This document shows positions 1 to 12,900 of a DNA stretch of 64,000 bases, in pieces. Location of the stretch: the NCBI RefSeq assembly GCF_009914755.1, contig NC_060935.1; one strand, given 5' to 3'. Each line of letters begins with the position of its first letter. Position 1 is the first letter of the stretch. The DNA is from the human T2T-CHM13v2.0 reference genome, Homo sapiens. The position numbers and the translations under genes are program-made. Under the pieces are notes generated by a model, which saw nothing but the letters and a program-made list of their open reading frames with translations, did no database searches and was not told the origin of the DNA.

Positions 1-2093
<2,093 letters not shown>

Positions 2094-2107
2094 AGAGATA
2101 CTAATAG

Positions 2108-2330
2108 CCAGTATTTATTAAACTAAGGTCTTATCATCTGCTAGGCACTGAGCTGAGTTGCTTATTTATTCTCACTCTCTTGGTCCTCTCAACAACCTCA
2201 TGAGGAATTACTCATTTTATGATAAAAGTGAGGCAACAGCAAGGTTAAGTAACTTGCACAGGATTATACAGCTTTGGCTGCAGAATGGTGATTTGAACCC
2301 ATATGCTTCACCACTACATGACCCTTTCTT
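2108..2330 (-). mobile_element. MIR SINE fragment
   Basis: MIR core: cattttat..gaggc..aaggttaagtaacttgc..gatttgaaccc. Confidence 0.7.
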
Positions 2331-2538
2331 GTACAACACACAGCCTGCCTGTTGGCATTCTTGAAGGAAGATGACAGGACCCAGATAGGAAAGCTGCTGG
2401 GTGGCTGAGAGTAGCCACAAGTTTATCTAGAAATGTAATTGCCTAAGAAAAGGCTGGGGACAGAACTGGCCTCATTTAGGAACTGTGAAGTTTTGAGTGA
2501 CATGGGCCACCCAGGGATTTGGAGGAGACTAGACATAA

Positions 2539-2925
<387 letters not shown>

Positions 2926-2929
2926 GTAG

Positions 2930-3460
2930 ATTTTTATTGAAGTATAAAATACATACAGAAAATCTGCTGAAAGTACTATGTGTATGTCTCATTGATTTTT
3001 AAAAGTGAATATATCCACGTAACCAGTATCCAGATCAGGAAACAGAACATTAGCAGCTTCAGTGGTTTTCCTCATGCCACCCACTCCATTCTAGTCACTA
3101 CACCTTCCAAGGCTAATCAATATCCTGACTTCTAACATTATAGAGTAGTTTTGCCTGTTTGTGAACTTTACTTGAATACAATTATACAGTATGTGCTCTT
3201 TTGTGTCTGATTTCCTTCGCTCAACATTATATTGTAAGATCCATTCCTGTTGCTGCTTGTAGTTGCAAATTGTTCACTCTCATTGCTGTGGTTATCACAA
3301 TCAATTCAACTGTTAACAGGCAGCTGAATGGTGCTGCTGTGAACTTTCTAGAGCCTATCTCTGTGTGTACACATGTACTCATTTTTGTTGGGTATAACCT
3401 ATAATTGAAATTGTTGATCATAAGGTATGTATGATGGTTGGCTTTAGTAGGTACTGCCTT
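2930..3460 (-). mobile_element. Old L1M (L1MD/ME-type) 3' end fragment
   Basis: ttttattgaagtataa..atacagaaa..gtaaccagtatccagatcaggaaacagaacatt, typical antisense L1M 3' end. Confidence 0.75.
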
Positions 3461-3992
3461 GGCTTCATTTTATAGATGATGGGAAAAATAAATGCAGAAA
3501 GGGAAGAGATTTACCCAAGATCACCTGGCTGCTAAGCTAAGATTGGAACCTGAGTTTATTCTCTTCCAGTGCATTTGTCTAGGCCCCAATTTCAAGAAGA
3601 GGCAGCCTAGAGATTCAGCAGAGTCTTACGTATCACACATTTAATTGATGATCTGTCCTTAGAATCAAATCCCTTGGGTAAGATGAAAACAATGACCGAG
3701 CATGAGAGGAGGTGCTGTTCAGTGGGGACATAATTGTAAATACCAATTTAGAGTGGAGGGAGCTGGTACAAGGTCTTCCCATCCTATCAAAGAATAGCAT
3801 GCAGCATGTCTCTAAGTAAGATTTAGATTCAGCCTACTTCAGTGCCAGGCCCTGTAGATGGTGCTTTCCCACAGATTATCTCATTTACTCTTCTAAACAA
3901 AAACCAGATCAATTCACATTCTTAAGGATTCTAAAAGCATTATATCAAATGAGAGTAGATGAACTCTCTAAGTAAACACGAGCAATGTAGAA

Positions 3993-4777
3993 CAGTGCTT
4001 CTTAATCTGCTAAAGGACCAATTCATCATAGAGCAATATTTTTGTAAATAAAAATAAAAAATTACTAGAAAAATAGAATGAAAAGATATTCAAAATATAA
4101 GCTTCTGATTTTTATTATTAGATTAAACAGACATAAAGTGTTGTTAAATTGCTATAAAAGTTTCTAAAAACTCTCAATTTCTACATTTATGTCATTGGCT
4201 AATTGTTGGGAACAGGCCCCCCAAAATCTGGCCATAAACTGGCCCCAGAACTGGCCATAAACAAAATCTCTGCAGCACTGTGACATGTTCATGATGGCCA
4301 TAACGCCCACTCTGGAAGGTTGTGGGTTTACCGGAATGAGGGCAAGGAACACTTGGCCCGCCCAGGGTGGAAAACCACTTAAAGGCGTTCTTAAACCACA
4401 AACAATAGCATGAGCGATCTGTGCCTTAAGGACACGCTTCTGCTGCAGATAACTAGCCCAACCCATCCCTTTATTTCGGCCTATCCCTTTGTTTCCCATA
4501 AGGGATACTTTTAGTTAATCTAATATCTATAGAAACAATGCTAATGACTGGCTGGCTTGCTGTTAATAAATACGTAGGTAAATCTCTTTTCGAGGCTTTC
4601 AGCTCTGAAGACTGTGAGACCCCTGATTTCCCACTTCACACCTCTATATTTCTGTGTGTGTGTCTTTAATTCCTCTAGCGCCGCTGGGTTAGGGTCTCCC
4701 CGACCAAGCTGGTCTTGGCAGCTAATAATGGTATCCAGATCAATACTGGTTTGCAGACTACACTGTGAGTAGCACTG
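3993..4777. mobile_element. hAT-Charlie-type MITE split by the MER9 LTR (pieces 3993-4203 and 4721-4777)
   Basis: Termini cagtgcttct... / ...gagtagcactg; degenerate 8-bp TSD atgtagaa/atttataa. Confidence 0.7.
4204..4720 (+). mobile_element. MER9 solo LTR (HERV-K9/HML-3)
   Basis: TGTTGGGAACAGGCCCCCCAAAATCTGGCCATAAAC...GGTCTTGGCA; TG..CA ends; perfect 6-bp TSD GCTAAT (4198-4203, 4721-4726); internal AATAAA. Confidence 0.93.
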
Positions 4778-4859
4778 ATTTATAATTCACCACCCATTCC
4801 CACTGGCCTTTCCAGAAAGATTGATAATGATCTTACCAGTAGAAATGCTTGAATAACAA

Positions 4860-5358
4860 GGTATCAGCATAATATTGAGACCCTGGCAACCATTCCCACC
4901 AATGCAGGTTACTGCATACATTAACAGGACTTTATCGTTCCCCTGTCTTCCAAAAATTTCTTGCCCAGGAAGATAAAAAGCTATGAATAACTTTCTTGTT
5001 CTTTTCAAGAACTCCCCACCAAATCTCATTGAAATGAACATAAACCCATTAGACTTTTCAATAGATAGCATTAAAAAGACTATTTACTCTCCAAGACTCT
5101 TGGAAAGCTTTGCCTAGGGTCTACCAGTCCTTATCTATTATATCATGATCCTTAGTCAAACTTAATCAAGCACCATCCCACTGGAAGGCCTGTCTTCATC
5201 AAGATTCCAAAACCTTATAAATATCCCTTCCCCTACTCCAAGATGCTACTGAGACTCTGCCAAGGCAGGGCTCTCCTTATCATGGTGTACAAAAAATTCA
5301 GCTTTGCCTTCTTCCACAGCTTATTTTGCTGATATTTTCTGGGAGCTAGCATTCAACA
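4860..5358 (+). mobile_element. Old ERV LTR fragment (ERV1-type, possibly MER67-like)
   Basis: TATA-like ccttataaata, then tcagctttgcc...gggagctagcattcaaca LTR-type 3' end; family uncertain. Confidence 0.45.
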
Positions 5359-5599
5359 ATCAAGACTTTACTCCTCCTTTTAGCCTTGCTCAGTGGTTTT
5401 CCAAGTTTAATGAACATAACAATTACTGAGGAGTATTATATATGCAAAAGCATGCATGGGCAACTGAAGGAATCTCCATGGGTAATTTTGATTATGGCAC
5501 ATTTAGGACTAAGCCTTGCATACAGATATTAGCAATTTTTGAAAGAATAAAGAACCACAGACTGTTAAGAGCTGAAAGTAGCCCTAAATGGCAAGACAT

Positions 5600-5773
5600 C
5601 AGGGTGTGAATCAGCTATTAATACATCGAAATCACCTGATGTAGTCTGTTTAAAAAACACCTATCCCTTGGTTTCACCTGAGATCGACTGAATCAGAATT
5701 TCTGGAGATGGGGCCTGTGAATGCAACAAACTTCTAAGGGACTGTGATGCACGATCGAGTTTGAAAACCACTG
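5600..5773. mobile_element. MER5A (hAT-Charlie MITE)
   Basis: aatcacctg...actgaatcagaatttctggagatggggcc...gtttgaaaaccactg. Confidence 0.8.
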
Positions 5774-6599
5774 TTCTGTGCCAACCATTTCATTTTGTAG
5801 ATGAGGAAATGGAGACTCAGAAAAGGGAGTAAACCTTTCCAAGATCACACCGCTATTGAGCTACGTGTCTCTTAATTCCCTGACAAGAGCTCTCGGGGCT
5901 GGAGATACGCTTTTGGAGATGTCCTATATCTGATATCCTGAACAAAAATGATTAATGATGTAATCAAAACACACTTCTATTTTGGCTTCTCACCATCCCT
6001 TTAAGATTTATTGTCTAGGAGGAGTTGTAGTAATCTTCCCAGGCTAGCAGACATCATGACTTTTCTGCTGTTAAGTAAAAGGCACCAACTAAAGCAGATT
6101 TTTTTTTTAAAAGGTAAAATTAAGACTCTTAAGATAAAATGAACCTATACGGTGTTGAGAATCTGTTGACTATCTTTTTGTTAAATTTTAGTTCTACTCA
6201 GAAACTGTTGCTTGTCACTTTATTTAGTTTAAGGAACTGTGGATGGGTTAATAAAAGGCTGAGTAACATCTCCTGGGAAGAAGCACAGCTGGCCCTGGCA
6301 GGAAGTGCAAGTGGGGTCTGGGAAAAGATTCAAGGTCCAAGCAGCTACTCCCCACGGTTTCCATTACTCAGACCACGTGGCTTCTTGAGCACACTTCTTT
6401 GCTCCATTCTTTGGTTTCCCTACTCCTCAGCATGCACGTGGCTAGAAACAGCCACCCTAGTTTTGATTGCGAATGATCATCAGTCACGAGCACAACTTCT
6501 GACAACAGTCTCTCCAGCTTAGTGCAGTCTTAACTGGGGCCAGCTGATCGTCTGCTCTTCAGTAAAGCAGTAGCGCCCTTTGGATTAGGTGTTCACCCA

Positions 6600-6720
6600 G
6601 GTTCAATCAGCTGTGGCCTAGAAGGGGCCACAAGGAGGAAACACAGTTGCCAAGGTGCTGTGAGTCTGTGTGTGAGAGACAGACAGAAGGACAAAGAGCC
6701 AGAGTGAGAACTTGAGATGG
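6600..6720 (+). other. PARVA: Candidate alternative first exon of PARVA contributing ATG+G (5' boundary unknown)
   Basis: ttgagATGG|GTAAGC: Kozak G-3 and G+4, strong donor at 6721, phase 1 like canonical exon 1. Confidence 0.45.
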
Positions 6721-7399
6721 GTAAGCTCAATAACACGTGCCTTTTAATCATTTCCAGTATGAGTCCTTCAAACACTGTGCTTTGTATGACTCCCCTGTTA
6801 TCTCAAATGAGTCTGGTTGTCACTCTCTTGCTTTTATTTAGGCAGGATAAATTTTGCGGGAAGTCCTGTAGGAGCTCATGGTTGTGCTTTTCCCATTCAT
6901 GTTTCCACCACCACGTGGGATCTTCCTTTGTATAAGCTGCTGGAAACACGGATGTCTTACAAGAATAAGAAGCCTCGGCTTTACCCTTGTGCACTCCAAG
7001 CTTCTCAGTCTTGGATGGGAGTAGAGACGAGGAGGTTGACGGTCATGGACAGGTTCAGGAGTGATTGGTTCTGCCCACTTTGGTGGGGCCTGGACACATT
7101 TTGGTTCACTGCAATAATTTCTTCCAGGAGCTGCAGTCTTGTGGGCGCAAGACGTGGGCCTGATAACCCCACAGGCAGTAGTGCTGGGGCAGAGCGAGCT
7201 CACCAGCCGCCGGCTGGAAGACCCCGGGAGAGTAGCAGGGTTGGGTTGGTTCTCAGATGTGTTTTGCGCCAGGCTGTGTGGTGGGGACAGAGCCTGGGTA
7301 AATGAAGCTTTCCGGCTCGACCGCTCCCAACCTGGGCACACACGTCCTCCTGTCCTGCAAGGGGCAGTTTTGGGGCATCCTCCCTGCTTGGGGCAACCC

Positions 7400-8290
7400 A
7401 GGGGCGCAAGGCGCGGCCCCGGGAGCGCAGCTCCTTCCAGGGCAGAGGGCGGCGCGAGGGAGGGAGCGAGGGAGGGAGCGAGGGAAGGGAAAGGCGAGCG
7501 TGAGCTGCCTCAAATGCTTGGAATAATTCCGCTTCCGTTTGGAAAGCCGCAGCCTCAGTCCCGCCGCCGCCCGCTGCGTCCGCCCAGCGCCAGCTCCGCG
7601 TCCCGACCGGCCCGCGGCAGCCTGCGCCGCGCCATGGCCACCTCCCCGCAGAAGTCGCCTTCTGTCCCCAAGTCTCCCACTCCCAAGTCGCCCCCGTCCC
7701 GCAAGAAAGATGATTCCTTCTTGGGGAAACTCGGAGGGACCCTGGCCCGGAGGAAGAAAGCCAAGGAGGGTGAGTGCGGCCAGGCCGGCCGGGCGGGCGG
7801 TAGGAGCCGGGGGTGCCGTAGGGGCCGAGGGGCCGGGGCACTGGGACCGGGCGGGAGCGCGCCGCGGGTGCCCGGCGCGGTGGGGCGCGCGGCGATGCGT
7901 GCGCGCGCTTCCCGGGTACGTCGGGCAGGAGCGACGCGCACCCCACACTGAGCCCGGGGCTCGCGGGCCATCGAGGCCACCCCGCCCGCTCGCGGTCGCC
8001 CGGGCGCTGCCCTCCTGGGCCGGGGACCAGGCCAACGCCCCCGCCGGGCCGTGGGCGGGCGCCGCTTGGCGGCCGGAGGCGGCGGGACCGGAGCCCAGGC
8101 GGGGCCCCAGCCCGCAGACAGTGCGATCCAGTAGGCCCTGCCCCGCCCTCTGCGCCCGAAGGCTGGCATTTCCCAAGTTTCCGCTGCAACTTTCCTGGGC
8201 GCCGTCGCTCTTACTCGTTGCCTTCATTGGTCCTTAAAATCAGGTCGTTTCCTGGACCTGCTGACGTCCTCTGGCAGCGGCGTCGTGGCT
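7400..8290. promoter_or_regulatory. PARVA: CpG island promoter of PARVA
   Basis: Very high GC and CpG density, GC boxes (gggcgg/ccgccc), spans exon 1 and the start of intron 1. Confidence 0.93.
7634..7769 (+). CDS. PARVA: Alpha-parvin (actopaxin/CH-ILKBP) coding exon 1, 136 nt, aa 1-45 plus 1 nt
   Basis: cgcgccATGG Kozak; translates MATSPQKSPSVPKSPTPKSPPSRKKDDSFLGKLGGTLARRKKAKE, the alpha-parvin N-terminus with SP/TP phosphosites and basic clusters; donor G|GTGAGT at 7769/7770. Confidence 0.97.
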
Positions 8291-8729
8291 TTGGCCTCTT
8301 CGGGATCTTTTGTCCATCCCGAGGGCTGAGAAGGGCTCTGTTAATGGAGTAGGTGGACATCGAGTGTTTGTTGAATGAATGAGCGAAAAACTGGCAAACC
8401 TAGCGTGCCCTCGGTGTAATACACAATAAACTCCCACCAAAGGAGAAAACCTGCGTGAGACACAAACTTCGTCATGGGCCTGCTGTGAACTCAGGCATTC
8501 AGGGCTTTCGTAAAAACCTTTGTTTTTTCCCCACCAGAGTGAATTGAGGCGACCTTATTCTTTTTTTTTTTTTTTTTTCAGGGTAGTTTGCATGTAGAAT
8601 ATTTTTTTTTCCCATGCACAGATTTTGCGTCCTGGTTTTTGGTTTGAAAACGAGGTGGCAGTTCTCAAGAAGCACTGTGGTGACTGGTGTGTAGATAGAA
8701 GTTGCTGAGTTAAACATTTTTGTTTTAAA

Positions 8730-9560
8730 CATTTTTTAGTTGATGCATGATGTACATAGTTCTGGGGCACATGTGATAATGTAATACATTCATATAATTT
8801 GTAAAGATCAAATTGCACAGGAAAGGGGTCCCAGTCCAGACCCCAAGAGAGGGTTCTTGGATCTCACGCAAGAAAGAATTCAGGGTGAGTCCACACAGTA
8901 AAGTGAAAGCAAGTTTATTAAGAAAGTAGAGGAATAAAAGAATGGCCACTCCATAGACAGAGCAGCCTGGGGCTGCTGGTTGCCCATTTTTATGGTTATT
9001 TCTTGATGGTATGCTAAACAAGGGGTGGATTATTCATGTCTCCTCTTTTTAGACCATATAGGGTAACTTCCGGACGTTGCCATGGCATGTGTAAACTGTC
9101 CTGGCGCTGCTGGGAGTGTATCAGTGAGGACGACCAGAGGTCACTCTTGTCGCCATTTTGGTTTTGGTGGGTTTTAGCCGACTTCTTTACTGCGACCTGT
9201 TTTATCAGCAAGGTCTTTATGACCTGTATGTATCTTGTGCCCACATCCTATCTCATCCTGTAAGTTAGAATGCCTTAACCTTCTGGGAATGCAGCCCAGT
9301 AGGTCTCACTCAGCCTTGTTTTACCTGGCCCCATTCAAGATGGAGTTGCTCTGGTTCACATGCCTCGGACAAAATCACTGTACTTGGGATATCCATCACG
9401 TTAAAGATTTGTCTTTTCTCTATGCTAGACCATTGGAATTCTAGATATTTTGAAATATACAAGAGGTTATTGTAAAATATAGTTAGTTTACCAATCTAAC
9501 ACTAGGTCTTCTTATATCAAATGGTATATTTGTAACCATTAATCAACTTCTCTTCCCCCC
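8730..9560 (-). mobile_element. L1MA-type 3' end split by MER41A
   Basis: gtacat..ggggcacatgtgata..gtaaagatcaaat | cactgtacttgggatatccatcac..ttttgaaatatacaa reads continuously across the LTR. Confidence 0.75.
8814..9371 (-). mobile_element. MER41A solo LTR (ERV1)
   Basis: Reverse complement matches MER41 (gaaccagagcaactccatcttgaat...aagaaccctctcttggggtctgga..gggacccctttcctg); TG..CA ends; 4-bp TSD AAAT; lacks the MER41B tandem-GAS segment. Confidence 0.92.
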
Positions 9561-10151
9561 TAAAAAATGTTTTTAATAGATTGCTCCGTGAATTAGAAAT
9601 AACCTTTTGAAAGCTGTGATGCTGTGTGAAATGTTTCATGTTTGTAAGTCATCTTAAAGTATAAAAACATCTTCAGCGCTGAGGATTATCAGACTTGATG
9701 AAGAACTAGACTTCTATTCCCTAGATTGAAACGAGAAGCAGCAAAAACATACAAAAGTTTCCCCACATTGGTTATTTTGGTAACCCATCGAGTAGTGTAC
9801 AGTTGGTGGCAAATCATGAAACCCTGGCTTGGGAAGCTCTTTTCTAGACCATGTTTCTAACTTCTTCCTTGCAGCATTCCTGACATAGTCTCATCCAGTT
9901 TAAGATGGGGCAACTGAGAAATATTGAAGCTCATGACCTACCAGGATAACCATCTTTACCTACTCTGTAGAAATTTATCTCTCTGTACCTATCACTGTTG
10001 GTAGAGCCAGAGAATGAGTCTGGGGTGGCCTTTTATTACTACCTTGCTGAAGTAGGCTATCCTGCTTTCTAGAGTCTTCTCTCCACCAGGCCCAACATCC
10101 TCTATTCCTCACAGACATAATTTTAAGGACTTTTGCATCCTGTCTCTTTAG

Positions 10152-10642
10152 TTTCAGACAGGGTCCCTGCAGGAAAAAGAAGGCCAATTTAGTTGAGATT
10201 TTGAAAATAATTTAGTGAAAGGGCTATTGACAGAGCTGTGGGCAGGGTTAAGGGAACTAAGAAGGGATGCTGAGGTCCCTAGGGGCTAGCAACAGGAGGA
10301 AGCTCTTAATCACTCCGAGGCCTGAGGGACAAGGGAAGCAAATTGGAACCTATTACAAGCTGGGGTTATGGACGAGGGGCTGCTGGACTGGAACTATAGT
10401 CATAGAGGGATGCAGCTACTGTCCGAAATATGCAGACAGAGCAAGGAGAGAGTGGCACAATAAATGCACATTCTGCATGTTCTCTGTCTTCTTGCCCGTG
10501 CATCACCTACTGGTGCTGAACCCAGTGGGAAGCCATCAGAGCAAGGGATCTGCAATAGATAGGGGCAGCGTCCATAGGGCACAGAGCAGTGCAGAGAATA
10601 GATCACAGTGGGGACGGTGGAAATGGAGAATACCTAGCAGAT
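10152..10642 (-). mobile_element. ERVL LTR (LTR33-like)
   Basis: aagggctattgacagagctgtgggcagggttaagggaac..ggggctagcaacag..agagaatagatc; related copy at 32030-32417. Confidence 0.6.
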
Positions 10643-11502
10643 CAACCTGTTACCAGACCCGCTCGAAGTGAGCTCTCCAGAAGTCACCATAGTACAGTTG
10701 TAGTGCAAGCCAGCCACCCCAGATTAGGACTGTCACCTCCCTTATTCTAGCACAGACACAATGTTCTTTTAATGCAGCTAAGGTTGCCTCTAACTATTCT
10801 GCCAGCCACGTCGCACTGTGATCTCTCATTGAGCTTGCTATCAGCTTACTCAAAGACATTTTTATATTTGTTGCTCCTAAATCACAGCCTTCCCTATCTT
10901 GGATTTACTCAGTTGGGTTTTTGAAACCAAGTGTAAGATCTTATTTTCATCCCTGTTATATTTCACTGTAAAGTCCTGATTCCTTCATTCAGTCTGTCAA
11001 CTAATCCAGGGGCTGTAAATGGATGAATGGAAGAACACAGAACGTCTTCTGAAGGGCCAGCCACCACCCAGCTCCAGCTGCTTGCTGCGGCATATGGTAT
11101 TTCTGCAAGCCCAGGCAAAGAAGGCAGTGGGTTGGTTTGAAATGACTGTCCTTAGTGAGTATGTGCTGGATCTCAATGATCAGTGCTGAAGTGATGGTTA
11201 GTAGGTGTGGGGCCCCATTAACCATCACTTCAGTAATAATAAGGCCGGATCTTGCTCTGCATCCTGGATAAGCTCACAGCTTTGTGCTCTGTAGAATCTG
11301 CCTTCTTCAACTTTCTCTTTGGTGTTCTTGAACCTCTCATTCTTCATTCCTCAAGATCACTGCCATCAGTCTGTCCACAGATTATCTCAGTGCTTTGGTG
11401 TAGCATTCTCCGAGGCCCAAGGACTCCCATTCATTCATTTGGTACCTGCTATGTCCCACTGTAGGACACAACAAATGGAAAGATATAATACTTGTTAGAA
11501 TA

Positions 11503-12528
11503 TAGTTGACCCTTGAACTATGTGGGGGTTATGGACATTGACCCCCTGTACAGTCAAAAATCTGTGTATAGTTTTTAACTCCCCACAAACTTAACTGCTA
11601 ATAGCCTACCGTTGACCAGAAGCCTTACTGATAATGGTCAATCAACACATATTTTGTATTGTATACTGTATACTTAACAATAAACAAACTGGAGAAAAGA
11701 AAATGTTATAAAGAAAATCATAAGGAAGAGAAAATACGTTTGCAAAACTGTGCTGCATTACTGATACTGTAAGTTTACATTGTCTGACTGAAATGGTAGG
11801 TAACCACAGCTGCACACCTCAACCTATGGTACACATCAAGCAATTCAACTTTTCTTATAATGTCATGACTTTTCTCTGATACTTGGGAGTACTTCCAGCA
11901 TCTCTAGTGGCACTTTGTTAGAGTCCCATGGTGTTAGTCAAGGTTTATGGTATTTCACTAAGCATGAAAAATATGCGAGAACCTCAAGAGATCACTTTTA
12001 ACTGCGGTACACAATTTACTGGAGAGATGAACTGTTCACGTGGAGATGATTAGCGTCACAAGGTGTTTTAAGCAGATACTTGCAGCGCTTGAGCTCACCA
12101 CAATAGCAACAGGAGGTAGCTGTGAAATTATTACAGTGGTACAGTATGTACTACAGTTCATTTCGTGCAGTGAGGATTTAATCTTTACGTTTACATTTCT
12201 CTCATCTGCAGATGGCATCACGCACAGTTCTTGTGTGTATGTGTACATTTTGACATTTCGATAAGTTCTAACTGTTTATAATAGATTTGTTTATATTTTA
12301 TGGTAGTAAATGAGAAGGCAGACAAGTATTGATGTATATTTTATGCATTTGTGACATGAGTAACTTTTTCTTTTTTTTTTTTTTTAATATTTCTAGGCTA
12401 CATGGTTCATCTCAAGGTTTTTCTAATTGTCACAGATCTCCAAAAATATTTTCCCATATAGTTATTGAAAAAATTTGCATATAAGTGGACCCTCGCAGTT
12501 CAAACCTGTGTTGTTCAAGGATCAACTC
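11503..12528. mobile_element. Tigger2-family non-autonomous DNA transposon (~1 kb, Tigger2b-like)
   Basis: TIRs (t)agttgacccttgaac / gttcaaggatcaactc with TA on both sides; Tigger2 internal sequence. Confidence 0.88.
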
Positions 12529-12674
12529 TATTTAGGTTAATAATTTCATGTAAAAAATGTCCTCCTAAGGAAAACTACATCATAGAATGACTATGAGTCT
12601 CATAAGAATGCACTCAACTAGTCATCACTCCTGTGTTTTCATAAGAAAAAACAGTGTTAGAGTCCAAGAGAGAA

Positions 12675-12900
12675 CAAGGGTTAAAAGCATGGTCTTTAGG
12701 ATTAGACACATTTCAATTGGATTTCTGGTTCAACCCCTTATTCATTCTATGACTTAAGACAAGTTACTTAACCCCTGTAAGCCTCTGTGTCTTCATCTAT
12801 AAAATGAGAATAAGAATTCCTTCTTTACATGGAAGTTGTGAGGTTTAAATGAGATCGAGAATGTAAAATGCATTGCATGGCACAAGTAATGGTAGCTATT
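12675..12900 (+). mobile_element. MIR
   Basis: caagttacttaacc..gcctc..catctataaaatgagaataa..gttgtgagg..aaatgagat. Confidence 0.8.

Noticed and set aside
7770-7951. Read-through of the exon 1 frame to the stop at 7951 as a protein C-terminus
   Set aside because: A consensus GTGAGT donor sits at 7770 and similarity to alpha-parvin ends there.
6817-8237. Long overlapping ORFs (162-329 aa) on both strands
   Set aside because: Stop-codon depletion in a CpG island yields Arg/Gly/Pro/Ala-rich translations with no domains. Only 7634-7769, and possibly 7514-7633, is supported as coding.
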